Numbered from the stretch's first letter, positions 48,356 to 58,878 are shown. The stretch: 64,000 nt of DNA from an uncultured virus (IMG/VR IMGVR_UViG_3300031673_000002) (IMGVR_UViG_3300031673_000002); one strand, 5' to 3'. Notes: a model not told the origin generated them from the sequence alone. Translations and numbers: made by a program.

Positions 48356-49090
48356 ATGAAAACCCTAGTAGAACGCTGCGCCGCTGGTATCGTAGAGGAC
48401 GAGGTAACAGGCGGATACCTGCCTGACGCCATCGATGGTGGGTGGGATCCTAGCGTGCATGAGCTGAAACCTGAGGACCTCGCGTTCCTGCGCGGCGAGC
48501 GCGAGGACTCGCCCGAGGGGTGCGCTACGTTCGCGCTCGACGAACAAGACGACTTCCTCTCGGACGTGGCTGAGCGCGTTCGTGAGGGCCTTACGTCGCA
48601 CCTCATCTCCTACGCAGAGCGGGTGGCACTCGACGCGGTGGCGGAGCCCTCCACCCTCCGAGCCGCCTGCCGATACCTGGCAGACGTGGGCGGGGGCGGT
48701 GAGCGCGACGACGCGGTTGATCGCGTCGAGGCCGCTGCTGTAGCCCGATTGACCGAGACGCTGACAAAGGAGATCGAGGCGTTGCAGCCCGGTCACTGTC
48801 TCGTCTACGACGCGGACCACGCCGGCACGGACCGCGAGGGATCCCGCATCGCGGTCAGTGTGTACGAGTACGCGGTTGCCCGGCTGGTCGATGGCACGGT
48901 CGACCTCGGGAGGGACCGTGATGGCGGTGGGCGCTGGATCGCCGATGACGAGCACCTTGCAATCCTCGTCCTGCGATGGTGGGCCGAAGGCGTGGGTGCG
49001 GCAGATGCCTGGGCAGGTGCGCTGGCCGGCGACAACAGCGGCCTTGAAACCATCGAGACAGACCCGGGTGAAAGGCAGGATCGAATCTGA
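48356..49090 (+). CDS. Hypothetical acidic protein
   Basis: AAGGA SD, ATG 48356. Confidence 0.65.
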   Translation: MKTLVERCAAGIVEDEVTGGYLPDAIDGGWDPSVHELKPEDLAFLRGEREDSPEGCATFALDEQDDFLSDVAERVREGLTSHLISYAERVALDAVAEPSTLRAACRYLADVGGGGERDDAVDRVEAAAVARLTETLTKEIEALQPGHCLVYDADHAGTDREGSRIAVSVYEYAVARLVDGTVDLGRDRDGGGRWIADDEHLAILVLRWWAEGVGAADAWAGALAGDNSGLETIETDPGERQDRI

Positions 49091-49749
49091 TGACACGAAT
49101 CCTCTACCTCCACGGTCTGGAGAGCGGGAAGACACCATCCAGGAGCGCAAGCCCTACATCCGCAACAACACGACGGTGGGCGAGATCGACAGCGGGGACC
49201 AAGGTGACCCACCTGATGGCTCGTCATCCCTTTGTTTATGCACCAGAGATAGACACAGAGCCTCTGGTGGTATTTCTTCAAGAGCACGGGACCCGACCGG
49301 AGGGTCTCCCTCCCGAGGTACTCGATCCGTTGGAGCGAACGGGGCTAAAAGCACTGGCTGACTTCAAGCCGGATGTCATCGTAGGCTCGTCCTTCGGCGG
49401 TGGTCTCGCGATGCACCTCGCGCACACAGGAGCGTTCACCGGACCACTCGTTCTCTTGGCCCCCGCTGGGCTAAAGCTGTTCGGGATCCCAACCGTCAAG
49501 AATCGGGCGGCCATTGTTCATGGGATCGATGACGACGTGATACCAATCACCGACTCCTTCAAGATCATGACGGACAGTAAGGAGGGCCGGAAGCTGCTGT
49601 TGACGGTTGCCGACGGGCATCGACTGCATAAAGCGCTGGACGATGGAACCATCGACGACGCCCTCACATGGGCCACAGTTACCGAGAAGCTGCTCCCTCG
49701 GGGGCCTAGGCAACCACAAGAGCACGAGCTAGAGTTTCCCCAACCATAA
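49090..49749 (+). CDS. YqiA-like alpha/beta hydrolase
   Basis: LYLHGLES, GSSFGG nucleophile elbow, HGIDDDVIP, DGHRL. Confidence 0.85.
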   Translation: MTRILYLHGLESGKTPSRSASPTSATTRRWARSTAGTKVTHLMARHPFVYAPEIDTEPLVVFLQEHGTRPEGLPPEVLDPLERTGLKALADFKPDVIVGSSFGGGLAMHLAHTGAFTGPLVLLAPAGLKLFGIPTVKNRAAIVHGIDDDVIPITDSFKIMTDSKEGRKLLLTVADGHRLHKALDDGTIDDALTWATVTEKLLPRGPRQPQEHELEFPQP

Positions 49750-49768
49750 CAAAGAGATCGAGTCCAAG

Positions 49769-50650
49769 ATGCACGACGAAGAGAAGAAAGTCTGTCACCC
49801 ATCGTTCGGCAACATCCAGATCAATCGCGTCTCTGGGCACACGAACCTCTACGATTCGCCCTTGCACCATGGGCACTTCATCTCGCTTCGGATCTCCACC
49901 GCGAGCTACCAGCGCGACCTCTACCGACGTTGGCACATGCCCGAGGAGATGATCGTCGAGGTGTACATGTCCGCTTCACAGTTCGCCGAAGCCATCACCA
50001 ACATGAACACGACAGGGGTGCCCTGCACCGTACGACGCTACCGCGACAAGACGGGCAAGTTCGTCGAGTCATCCCTGGACTCCCCGGACAACGACAAGGA
50101 CACGCACGAGCAAGAAATCAAGAACGCGGTGGCAAGCCTCGCGGTCAGAGCCCGTAAGGCACAAGAGCAGCTTGACGAGGCGCTCCAGGGGAAGACCGTA
50201 CGTAAGGGCGACCTGGAGGCGTTGAAGGGAACGCTCTACAAGCTCGAACAGGACCTCAGAGAGAACCTGCCCTTCGTGCAGCGCTCCTTCTACGAGGCGA
50301 TGGAGAAGGTAGAGCAGCGAGTGAAGACCGAGATCGTCGCGCTCGCCGATCACGTCGTCCACAGCCGTGGCCTCGCAGCCCTGGGTATCGAGAGCGGTGC
50401 CCAGCTTATGGGGGCGCAACCAACCGGCTTGCTCGGCCCTGCCTCCGTGGATGTGGACGTGGATTTCACGGACGAGGAGCTTGACCAGATCGAGGAAGAA
50501 GTCGACCGACGCACGCGGAGTGACCTCCAAGAAGGGGGCGAAGACGGCGACAGCGACAGCGACCACGCCATGTACCTCCGGCATGACTACCGCTCCCAGG
50601 TCATGGAGGAGTTCGAGAAGAGGAAGAAGGGAGACGGCGATGACCCGTGA
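49769..50650 (+). CDS. Phage hypothetical protein
   Basis: 293 aa, strong GC3. Confidence 0.75.
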   Translation: MHDEEKKVCHPSFGNIQINRVSGHTNLYDSPLHHGHFISLRISTASYQRDLYRRWHMPEEMIVEVYMSASQFAEAITNMNTTGVPCTVRRYRDKTGKFVESSLDSPDNDKDTHEQEIKNAVASLAVRARKAQEQLDEALQGKTVRKGDLEALKGTLYKLEQDLRENLPFVQRSFYEAMEKVEQRVKTEIVALADHVVHSRGLAALGIESGAQLMGAQPTGLLGPASVDVDVDFTDEELDQIEEEVDRRTRSDLQEGGEDGDSDSDHAMYLRHDYRSQVMEEFEKRKKGDGDDP

Positions 50651-50656
50651 TAACTT

Positions 50657-50902
50657 ATGAATGGCGCTGAAGTCGCAGTAACGCTCGTCGCGATGGGCGC
50701 CGTCGTCATCTTCTCCATCATCAGGTTCGCCCTGGCGGAGTTGAAGCTCCGGCGTATCCGTGACCATATCGACTACTTCGTCGACGCACGCGAGGACTGG
50801 TTCCGGGAACGCCTGGAACCGGGCAACGCCTTTCAGGCGATGATGAGTGACAAGGAAAAGAAGACGTGGGAAGCTCTGACCATCTTGGTCCGTGAATTGT
50901 AA
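50657..50902 (+). CDS. Small membrane-anchored protein
   Basis: N-terminal TM helix. Confidence 0.6.
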   Translation: MNGAEVAVTLVAMGAVVIFSIIRFALAELKLRRIRDHIDYFVDAREDWFRERLEPGNAFQAMMSDKEKKTWEALTILVREL

Positions 50903-50913
50903 GGGGAGGCGTT

Positions 50914-51519
50914 GTGGGAACCAACTTCTACTGGCGGGACCAATACAGGGAAGACCCCGAGGAAATCAGCGACGACCTCAAGGTCGAGATGCTGCGGGAC
51001 ACCATCCAGAAGTTTCTGGGAGGCGACGAGAACATGCGGGGCTTGCAGGAGGTCATGAACAACACCGCGCCCCCGGCTGAGATCGAGGATGAGGATGATT
51101 TCGACGTGCCAGCTCACATCGGCAAACGCTCCGCTGCCGGTTGGTGGTGCTACTCCTGCGGGGTCACACTGTGCATCGGTGGTAAAGAAAATGTTCACAG
51201 CGGTTATGCCGACTGGTACAAGAACTGCCCGAAATGCAAGAGGCCAAAGAACCAGGAGAACCTTGGCGACGGGGCTGCCGGTGTCGAGCTTGGGTTCGCC
51301 TCGCCTCGCGTAGAGAAGCCTTCCGGCGTAAGCTCCTGTAGCTCGTTCTCATGGGCGCAGGAACCGGATCGAGTCCTGGCCATCTGTCAGGAGAGACCAG
51401 ACGAAGAGATCGTCGTCGATGAGTACGGGCGCGCACTCACCGGCAGGGCCTTCGCAGAGATGCTTGCAGTCAACTGCCCAATTCAGTCAACCAGATCGGT
51501 TGGCAAAGACTTCTGCTAG
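50914..51519 (+). CDS. Phage hypothetical protein with CxxC pairs
   Basis: MGTNFY, HIGKRSAAG, IVVDEYG; GGAGG SD. Confidence 0.7.
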   Translation: MGTNFYWRDQYREDPEEISDDLKVEMLRDTIQKFLGGDENMRGLQEVMNNTAPPAEIEDEDDFDVPAHIGKRSAAGWWCYSCGVTLCIGGKENVHSGYADWYKNCPKCKRPKNQENLGDGAAGVELGFASPRVEKPSGVSSCSSFSWAQEPDRVLAICQERPDEEIVVDEYGRALTGRAFAEMLAVNCPIQSTRSVGKDFC

Positions 51520-51529
51520 GAGCCGAGCA

Positions 51530-52957
51530 ATGGCACAGAACACCGACCAATACCACTCACGCTACTACGCCCGTCTGCGAGAGATTCTGCTCTCCGTTGA
51601 CGAGGGCTTCGGCGACGCCGACTACATGGACAAGGCGCTCTTGTTCTTTGAAGACAAGTGGAAAGCTCGCGACCAGCACTTCCTAAAGATGCTTTTCCAC
51701 TGGGCAGACGAGGTCGAAGCGACCGATCTCGGCTTTGCCGAGCTTCTGGCTATGGCAAAGTTCGGTGCATCGCCAGATCCCGTCGAATTGAGCGCCATCG
51801 CCGGCAACCTGCGCATCTCCTATGGGCAGGCCATATTCCGCACGCTGTCCCTTGCCGCGTTCGGCCTCGTCGTTCCCGGTCCCGTCTCGCGGAACGGGAA
51901 CGCTACTGCGATCTTCTCTCCACCAGAGGTGATACGGTTTGTCCTCAAGGTGCGGAATATGGCGACGTTCTCCGATGAGGAGGTCAACCGACTGCTGACC
52001 TTCTTCACGCCCGAGATCAAGGCACGCAGAGAGGAGAGAGCGATTTCCATCCTCAAAGGCGCAGCCGCAGCCGCAGCGTGGAAGGATGACGCCTCCGACA
52101 ACGCCTCCGACAACATGCTGCTTCACGAAATCAGAATGATACTGGGCATGCAGGGAAGTTTGAGTGCGGAGGATGTCGCCCAAAACACCGGTACCTCCCT
52201 GCATCGGGCTACGGAGTTGATCATTCTCCTCGCCATTGCAGAGCATCCCGTGGTGCGCGTCCCACCGTTCTTCGCCGGTACCTCGTCGATCATTGTGATC
52301 GATGCCGGACCATCGCCTGTCCCGAAGGAGGTCCTCAAAGCGGACATTGAGATCGCCGACCTGACGACCACCGAAGCGAAGGCGATGTTCGCCGCCGCCA
52401 ATGGCGAGCACGTTGAGATCGGCGACCTCCCGACCGAAGCCGCCAAGGACTTCTTCAAGCGGGTCGAGATCGAGGGAAGCGGATTCGCTCCCATCTGCCC
52501 CACGCACGGCACCAACATGGTTCCTTACGACTACTCCCTCGCGTGGGTTTGCGAGACGTGCATTGACGAGAACGACCTCAATGACGAGGACGACTACGAT
52601 TGGGACGACGTCCGCCCTGCCTCGGGTACTGAGATGTTTCACTTCCCCGACCTCGATGGGGACGAGGACAGCCAAGACCACCTAGCTCTCAATCAGAGTC
52701 AGAGGCTCTTGGATCTCGCTAACGCGGACAACAGTCGGGCGGTGCATACCACGAAAAAGTTCGACAGCATCGAGAAGAGGCTCCTGAGCCAAGAGCACGA
52801 CCTTGTCGCCAACATGACCACGGTCTCAGCCCTGGTTGAGAGCTTACACACCCTCCGGGATGATCTTGCAGACCACATGAATCACGTCAACGCGCACACA
52901 AAGCGTGAGATCCAGCGCTGGCGTCCTGACGACGAGGAGCCTCCGCGAAGGGGCTAG
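51530..52957 (+). CDS. Hypothetical protein
   Basis: AGGAG SD before MAQNTDQ; internal CPTH..CETC and acidic tract. Confidence 0.65.
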   Translation: MAQNTDQYHSRYYARLREILLSVDEGFGDADYMDKALLFFEDKWKARDQHFLKMLFHWADEVEATDLGFAELLAMAKFGASPDPVELSAIAGNLRISYGQAIFRTLSLAAFGLVVPGPVSRNGNATAIFSPPEVIRFVLKVRNMATFSDEEVNRLLTFFTPEIKARREERAISILKGAAAAAAWKDDASDNASDNMLLHEIRMILGMQGSLSAEDVAQNTGTSLHRATELIILLAIAEHPVVRVPPFFAGTSSIIVIDAGPSPVPKEVLKADIEIADLTTTEAKAMFAAANGEHVEIGDLPTEAAKDFFKRVEIEGSGFAPICPTHGTNMVPYDYSLAWVCETCIDENDLNDEDDYDWDDVRPASGTEMFHFPDLDGDEDSQDHLALNQSQRLLDLANADNSRAVHTTKKFDSIEKRLLSQEHDLVANMTTVSALVESLHTLRDDLADHMNHVNAHTKREIQRWRPDDEEPPRRG

Positions 52958-52996
52958 TTGTTGACGACGGGACCGTCCTGGGCGACAGTCCTCTGC

Positions 52997-53242
52997 ATGT
53001 CTACCACTAAGCGCTACCCCCTCAAGCTCGCGCCAGGCGAAGTCGTCTGCCCCCGCAAGTCCGGCCCCTTCCCCGCAGTCATCGGCGCTATGGCGTGTCT
53101 GTCTATGCACGGACAGAACCCCGCGCGCTGCGGAGAAGCTGGCTGCAACGAACACATCCACACAGCCGAGTATGGTGAACATCTGCGTAAGCACGCGAGT
53201 GAAGCTATGCAACAGCTCTTCCCGTCCCCGGGAGGGGAGTGA
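52997..53242 (+). CDS. Small Cys-containing protein
   Basis: MSTTKRYP..CP..C..C..C. Confidence 0.55.
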   Translation: MSTTKRYPLKLAPGEVVCPRKSGPFPAVIGAMACLSMHGQNPARCGEAGCNEHIHTAEYGEHLRKHASEAMQQLFPSPGGE

Positions 53243-53248
53243 GAGGCG

Positions 53249-54325
53249 ATGCAGAAGATGCAGCGTTCGTCGCACACTGAAGGGAACGAAGGGTATTCCG
53301 CCATGACCAAAGCGCTCCGCCAAGACCCCCAGGCACTGCGTAAGTTGCTGACCGCTCGCCGTGTTGACGTCGTTTCCATGATGGAGACGGCACAACAGAA
53401 GGGCGACCACCGGCACCTCGATGACCTCTCTGACGCGCTGCTGGAGATCGACTCCGCGCTGGATCGACTTTACGCCACGTCGGGGGACACTCCTGCCCCG
53501 GTTAGTGCTGACCTGTACGAAGACGATGGCGACGATGCCCAGGAAGAAGACGACGGCGATGCCTCGTCGGAGAGTCCTGATGATGCTGACGATTCTGAAG
53601 AAGAAGAAGAGCAGGAAGAGAGTGACGGCTCCCGCCCGAAGCCAGGGCCGGGTGTCGGTCTCGGTTTCCGACAGAAGCCCGCCGAAGACGTGGAGGGAGA
53701 CGAGGAAGACAACCCTGTCAAGATGAAGAACAAGCTGCGTAAGCAGATGGGCGACTCTTCCGCCGACTTCCTCGATGACTACGCCCTCGCCATCTACGAC
53801 AAGGTGGATGAGTTCTTCGACAACCTGCAAGACAAGGCCCTCTCGCTCGGAGAGGAAGACGAAGAGGACGGCGAGAACGACCTCATCGAGATGCTTCGTG
53901 ACGAGGTTGGTAAGCGCGGTGTCGCTCGCATCCGTCCCGTGTACGACGAGTGGCGCGCTGACCTGGTCAAGCGGATCATGAAGGACATCAACGATCGCTT
54001 CGCGCCCGCCGCTGAGGACGAGGGGCTTGAGGACGACCAGATGTCTGGGCTCCTGGGTCTGGATGAAGCGGGCGAGGATGCTGAGGATGCTGAGGCCGCC
54101 GATGAGGCGTCCAAGGCGGACGATGAGGCAGAACCCACGCCGAACGCCGATGAGCCAGAGGAAGGCGATGAGGAGCCCGTGGAGGCATCTACGCCTCGCC
54201 TCTCGGACATCGTAGCGAAGCGCGCCTCCGGTCCGGTGAGCTTCACCGCCACTGCCAAACGAACCGAGGCGGCTATGGCCACCGACTTCAAACCGTCCGG
54301 GAGAGGCACTCCAAGGTTGGAGTAG
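53249..54325 (+). CDS. Highly acidic low-complexity protein
   Basis: Long Asp/Glu tracts. Confidence 0.7.
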   Translation: MQKMQRSSHTEGNEGYSAMTKALRQDPQALRKLLTARRVDVVSMMETAQQKGDHRHLDDLSDALLEIDSALDRLYATSGDTPAPVSADLYEDDGDDAQEEDDGDASSESPDDADDSEEEEEQEESDGSRPKPGPGVGLGFRQKPAEDVEGDEEDNPVKMKNKLRKQMGDSSADFLDDYALAIYDKVDEFFDNLQDKALSLGEEDEEDGENDLIEMLRDEVGKRGVARIRPVYDEWRADLVKRIMKDINDRFAPAAEDEGLEDDQMSGLLGLDEAGEDAEDAEAADEASKADDEAEPTPNADEPEEGDEEPVEASTPRLSDIVAKRASGPVSFTATAKRTEAAMATDFKPSGRGTPRLE

Positions 54326-54364
54326 AGGGTAAATAGGCACTCCTAACTAGGAGAAGCCATCACC

Positions 54365-54787
54365 ATGCTCATACCTGTACTCGTTCGATCGTCATACCGT
54401 ATCTCGGGTGCAACTACGGTCACTTTGGAGAGCTTGCTAGGCAACAACTTGCCTTTGCTCTTCCCCGAAGTTGTGGTGATGAATAGAACCGCTACTACGT
54501 GTAGCGTGTCCGTTGCGTATGACCGTCGTGTGTTGTTCACGAACCAGCCAGACTCCTCGTTCAACGGGGCCGTGGTCACGGCCCTGTCTACGGTAGCACT
54601 GGGTGAGGATACGGAGAGCACGCTTGGTCTTGTCCCGAACAGCCTGCTTCCTACTGCTCGCGGCGTCACGCACGAGTTGACGATCACCAACAGCGGACCA
54701 GCAGGCGAAGCCTGGGTGACCATCATGGTCAAGGGGCTCATCGAGTCCGCCGTCTCCCCTGACCCCCTCGTAACCATCAACGTCTGA
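54365..54787 (+). CDS. Hypothetical beta-rich protein, possibly structural
   Basis: AGGAG SD; Thr/Val/Ser-rich. Confidence 0.6.
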   Translation: MLIPVLVRSSYRISGATTVTLESLLGNNLPLLFPEVVVMNRTATTCSVSVAYDRRVLFTNQPDSSFNGAVVTALSTVALGEDTESTLGLVPNSLLPTARGVTHELTITNSGPAGEAWVTIMVKGLIESAVSPDPLVTINV

Positions 54788-54838
54788 CTTCCTTGCAACA
54801 TGCTTGCAAGCGCACAGTAGCTAACCGGAGACTCCACA

Positions 54839-57800
54839 ATGCCCAACGACCCTTCAGTGCTTGCTGCCATCCGGGCCGCCCGAGACATCATCGCTGGTCC
54901 TGAGGACGAGGACGAGGGGGAGTTTGAGACCTCACCAGAGCGTCTCCTCGACTTGGCTGTCTTCTACCGCACCGTTGGCTTGATCCATGGAAGCGAGGCT
55001 GAAGACGCCCCGGGGACACGCCTCGCGCACCGTTACACCCGCGAGTTCATCGCCAACATTGACGAGCAGCTTGCTCCGGTGCTGGACCGTCAGGGGATGA
55101 AGACGGTAGGTCGCCTGTGGACGCGCCCCGGGTCGAAACTGAAGAAGCCCCTCAAGGACATGGAGGCGCATACCCTACGTGGCAAGTTCGTCGTTGACGT
55201 GTTGGGTGTGATGACTCGCAAGAGCGACCTCATGAAGAACGTGTTTGGCGAGGGGGCGACGCTCCTGAACGCCAAGAGGCTCGCTGAGGTCGCATCGGCG
55301 AAGACCCGCGAAGAGGCACTCGAAGCTCTGGGCCACGTTCGTCTTCTCGGACCTATGACGACAACACGTCGCTATGTGATGGCTACGCTCGCTAAAGCGG
55401 GAACGCTGAGCGACTTCGACAACGCCCTGTCCGACGCCACCTCTGCTCAGAGCCTTGGTGACGAGATCCGAAAGATCGACACTGAGATGCTGGGCACGGA
55501 AGATTCCGATAAGAAGGAGTCTTTGAGCGCGCGTCGGGGTGCTTTGGTTCAGCAGGTTGACGCTCTCGCTAGCGCTAGCGCAGCGCCCGAGGCTGTGGTC
55601 GGTGCTGCTGCCCAGGCTGCGATCACGGACTCCTCGATGGAGACCGAGATCGGCAAGAAGCTGTTCCGGTCAGACAAGCAGCAAGAGAACGCGATGATGA
55701 TTGGCACGCGACGCGGCCCCGATGGCAAGAAGCTGTCGAAGTCACATGGCAAGTCGGTCATCGCCGCTGGCGCGGGTAGCGGAAAGACCCGCGTTCTGGC
55801 AGGCCGCGTTGTCTACCTCGCGCTGCCACCTCCGCAGGGGCTCGGAGTCCCTCCGCATCAGGTCCTCGCGACCTCTTTCACCCGCGCCTCCGCTGCCGAA
55901 CTCGGCGAGCGCATCAATGAATACTCGAAGTCGATGGGCAACCCGCCCATCGTGCAGCGAAACGCGAAGAACTTCGGTACCACGCACGCCGTCGCTGCTC
56001 GCATCCTCAACAGCCTGACCGACCTAGGTGTCGTCGTCGGCAAGGCGCCCACCATCGGCAGCAGCAGCGACGACACGGTCAGCCCGTACAAGCTGCTCAA
56101 GATGTCGCTCACGCAGGTCAAACTCGGAATGACTACCCCGGCGGCTGCGCCTGAGCCCTCGGCAGACGAGAGCTTCTTCAGCACCGAAGCCCTGGCCGAG
56201 ATCGACCAGGCCAGCGAGAAGGCCGCTGAAGAAGCCATGCAGGGCAAGACGATTGTCAATGACAAGGGCGAGGCTCTGGACCTCCTGAGCACCTGGCTCG
56301 AATCAGCAGCCGCTGAGCGCGCCGCAGCCAACCCCCCTGAAGGATCAGCTTGGTTCTGGACCGTCAAGTACCGGAAGAACAAGCCCAATTACAACGTGCT
56401 CAGCGTAACGAGGCGCGTCGTAGGCGCGGTACGTCAAGGCTACAAACCATCCACCGATATGGTTAGGCGCCTCGAAGAAGCCCTTGCGATGGCAGGCATC
56501 TTCTACGAGCCGCCTGCCGCTGTCAGCGGTTCAACGACACCGCCGTGGCGTCTTCCTCCCCCGCGCGTGCTTGTATCTGCCGCCGGCAAGAAGTTCTACG
56601 ATTCCCCATACCAGTCGGCGCCAGCAAACCAGTGGTTCAACCTGGACCTCGTTTCTGAGTACGCGGTGGAGGAAGGTATCCCCGTCGAGACCGTGAGGCT
56701 CAAAGAGGTCAACCTCATCCGTGGGGATGGGGAGAAGATGACGATGGGCGACGTGTCCCGGGCGCTCGACATCTGGAAGGGAAACCTCATCACGCCGGGT
56801 CAGGCATGGCATGACCCGGCGGCGGCTTCTCTGGCCGGTGAGCGTACGAAGAGTCACCTCGCTGCTGCCTACGGCGCATACGAGTGGCTCAAGAAGAACG
56901 ATCTCGAATACCAGGGCGCGTACGACGGCAACGACCTGTTCATCAACTTCTCCAAAGAGATGATCAGCAAGCCGGCGGCACGGGCCAAGGTCAACCAGAT
57001 GTTCAAGCACATTCTCGTCGACGAAGCCCAGGACCTAAACTCAGCACAGCACATGATGTTTGGCTTCATTGCGGGCGCTCTTGACCCCGCGACGCAAGAG
57101 CCATGGCCCGATGGCCACATGACGGCGGAAACGTACACCCTGATCGGGGATGACAAACAGGCCATCTACGAGTTCCGAGGAGCAGACCCCACGGTGTTTA
57201 TGTCTAGGTCAGACATGACTGAGGGAGGCGAGAATTGGGAGACGGCAGTCATCGAGTCGAACTACCGGTCAGCGCGTCAGATCGTGGATGGTGCGAACCG
57301 GCTCATCGCCTACAACAAGGGCCAGATCCCGATGACGTGTCAGGCGATGGAGTGGAATGGCGAAGGCGCCCTTCGCTCCGTAGACACGGATTCCTATGAG
57401 GACACGGTTAATTTCGCAGTCGACCAGATCCAAGGGCAGGTCCAAGGGGAAGAGAACGACGCCAAGTACGGTGACTACGGCGTCGCCCTGCGCACCAACG
57501 CTGAGGTCTTGGCCTGGACGACAGAGCTTCTCCGTCGGAACATCCCCTTCCGCTGCAAGGACGCCTACAACCCGCTGAAGAACCGTACCGCAGCGGCACT
57601 GTTGAACTGGATCAAGTTCGCACATGCGGACGAGAACGACGTGGCGATCATCAACAAGCTGCTGACCGGATCGGGTCAGCCTCTCACGATGAACCCAGGC
57701 TCAGGAGTAAGCGCCAAGACGCTGGCCGAGAAGCTCGACAGCCTGGCCGCCAAGAACTCGCAGTACGTGGGCAAGAGCTACCTTCAGATGCTCGAAGCTG

Positions 57801-58729
57801 GTGCCTGGCGCGAGGTCTACGCAGGGCGCGCGGCGGGGCGTAACGAGGAACTCGTCAAGCCGATGATGACGAACCTGCGCCAGATCAAGAACATGGGTAA
57901 GAACGCAAGCCCTGTCGAGGTCTTGTCGAAGGTCTTGGACCTCAAGGGCAAAGACAACCAGACGATGCGCAGCACTTTCATCGAGCGGACCCTTGAGGAC
58001 GCCGACACGATGAAGAATGTCTACATCGAGCTTGGCGAGAACGCCACGCAAGAGGCGATCAACGCTGCGGTAGAGAACATCGCCCTGACACCGATCCAGC
58101 CGATCACGTCTCTCCTGGAGAACTACGGCACTGTGGACAGCGCGGTGGATTACGTCACGAAGCTGGAGATCGCCAACAACTCCCTGCAAAAGAAGGACGA
58201 CGACGTTACCTCAGAAGCCGTTGTCGTCGAGACGATACATGGGTGGAAGGGCTTGGAAGCTGCTCACATGTACGTGCCGATGGTCGACACGGTGTTCCCG
58301 AACCCGAGAGCCAATCTCGAATCCGAGCGCCGCCTCGCTTACGTCGCCATCACGCGCGGTCAGCAGTCGGTGACGATCCTCTCGCCGGCTACCGACCACT
58401 ACGATCGCGTCTGTGGGGGCTCGCAGTTCATTGAGGAAGCCTGCGTGCCTACCGCTACCGAGAAGAGCTTGGATGAAGAGGTGGTAACGTCCGACGAGAC
58501 CGCCCCTGTCGAGGGACGCGCTCAGAGCCCTTCTGAGCGTCTGAGCCGCTGGGGTGGACCGCCGGCAGGAGCAAGGGACTGGACGCCAGCAGGGCACGTC
58601 TCACGCGCCCGTGCGGCCAAGGAGACCATCGAGGTCGTGATGTCTAAACTCAGACCCGGTGCCGCCATCAGCCCGCAGCCCCCAAGTAACTGGGAGATGT
58701 TCGACGACTACGACTGCGACTACGACTGA
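54839..58729 (+). CDS. uvrD: UvrD/PcrA-family SF1A helicase with long N-terminal extension
   Basis: AGAGSGKT, SFTRASA, GTTHA, VDEAQD, GDDKQAIYEFRGA, NYRS, TIHGWKGLE, ERRLAYVAITRG. Confidence 0.93.
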   Translation: MPNDPSVLAAIRAARDIIAGPEDEDEGEFETSPERLLDLAVFYRTVGLIHGSEAEDAPGTRLAHRYTREFIANIDEQLAPVLDRQGMKTVGRLWTRPGSKLKKPLKDMEAHTLRGKFVVDVLGVMTRKSDLMKNVFGEGATLLNAKRLAEVASAKTREEALEALGHVRLLGPMTTTRRYVMATLAKAGTLSDFDNALSDATSAQSLGDEIRKIDTEMLGTEDSDKKESLSARRGALVQQVDALASASAAPEAVVGAAAQAAITDSSMETEIGKKLFRSDKQQENAMMIGTRRGPDGKKLSKSHGKSVIAAGAGSGKTRVLAGRVVYLALPPPQGLGVPPHQVLATSFTRASAAELGERINEYSKSMGNPPIVQRNAKNFGTTHAVAARILNSLTDLGVVVGKAPTIGSSSDDTVSPYKLLKMSLTQVKLGMTTPAAAPEPSADESFFSTEALAEIDQASEKAAEEAMQGKTIVNDKGEALDLLSTWLESAAAERAAANPPEGSAWFWTVKYRKNKPNYNVLSVTRRVVGAVRQGYKPSTDMVRRLEEALAMAGIFYEPPAAVSGSTTPPWRLPPPRVLVSAAGKKFYDSPYQSAPANQWFNLDLVSEYAVEEGIPVETVRLKEVNLIRGDGEKMTMGDVSRALDIWKGNLITPGQAWHDPAAASLAGERTKSHLAAAYGAYEWLKKNDLEYQGAYDGNDLFINFSKEMISKPAARAKVNQMFKHILVDEAQDLNSAQHMMFGFIAGALDPATQEPWPDGHMTAETYTLIGDDKQAIYEFRGADPTVFMSRSDMTEGGENWETAVIESNYRSARQIVDGANRLIAYNKGQIPMTCQAMEWNGEGALRSVDTDSYEDTVNFAVDQIQGQVQGEENDAKYGDYGVALRTNAEVLAWTTELLRRNIPFRCKDAYNPLKNRTAAALLNWIKFAHADENDVAIINKLLTGSGQPLTMNPGSGVSAKTLAEKLDSLAAKNSQYVGKSYLQMLEAGAWREVYAGRAAGRNEELVKPMMTNLRQIKNMGKNASPVEVLSKVLDLKGKDNQTMRSTFIERTLEDADTMKNVYIELGENATQEAINAAVENIALTPIQPITSLLENYGTVDSAVDYVTKLEIANNSLQKKDDDVTSEAVVVETIHGWKGLEAAHMYVPMVDTVFPNPRANLESERRLAYVAITRGQQSVTILSPATDHYDRVCGGSQFIEEACVPTATEKSLDEEVVTSDETAPVEGRAQSPSERLSRWGGPPAGARDWTPAGHVSRARAAKETIEVVMSKLRPGAAISPQPPSNWEMFDDYDCDYD

Positions 58730-58878
58730 TGTTCTACTACTACGGTGGCAAGGCCCGCTCTGCGGGCAGGTACCCTCCGCCGCAGAAGAAGCTCATCGTA
58801 GAGCCGTTCGCAGGGGCTGCCGGCTACCCCACAGGAGAAGGCCCTTGCCTTTTGGGGAGCTTCAATCGACGGAGATGA
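58729..58878 (+). pseudogene. Truncated paralogue of the Dam-like MTase (first 33 codons only)
   Basis: MFYYYGGKARSAGRYPPPQKKLIVEPFAGAAGY is 29/33 identical to the 15116-15886 gene, followed by unrelated sequence and a stop. Confidence 0.85.

Noticed and set aside
52089..52112. 12-nt tandem duplication ACGCCTCCGACA
   Set aside because: In-frame slippage duplication in a linker, with no wider pattern
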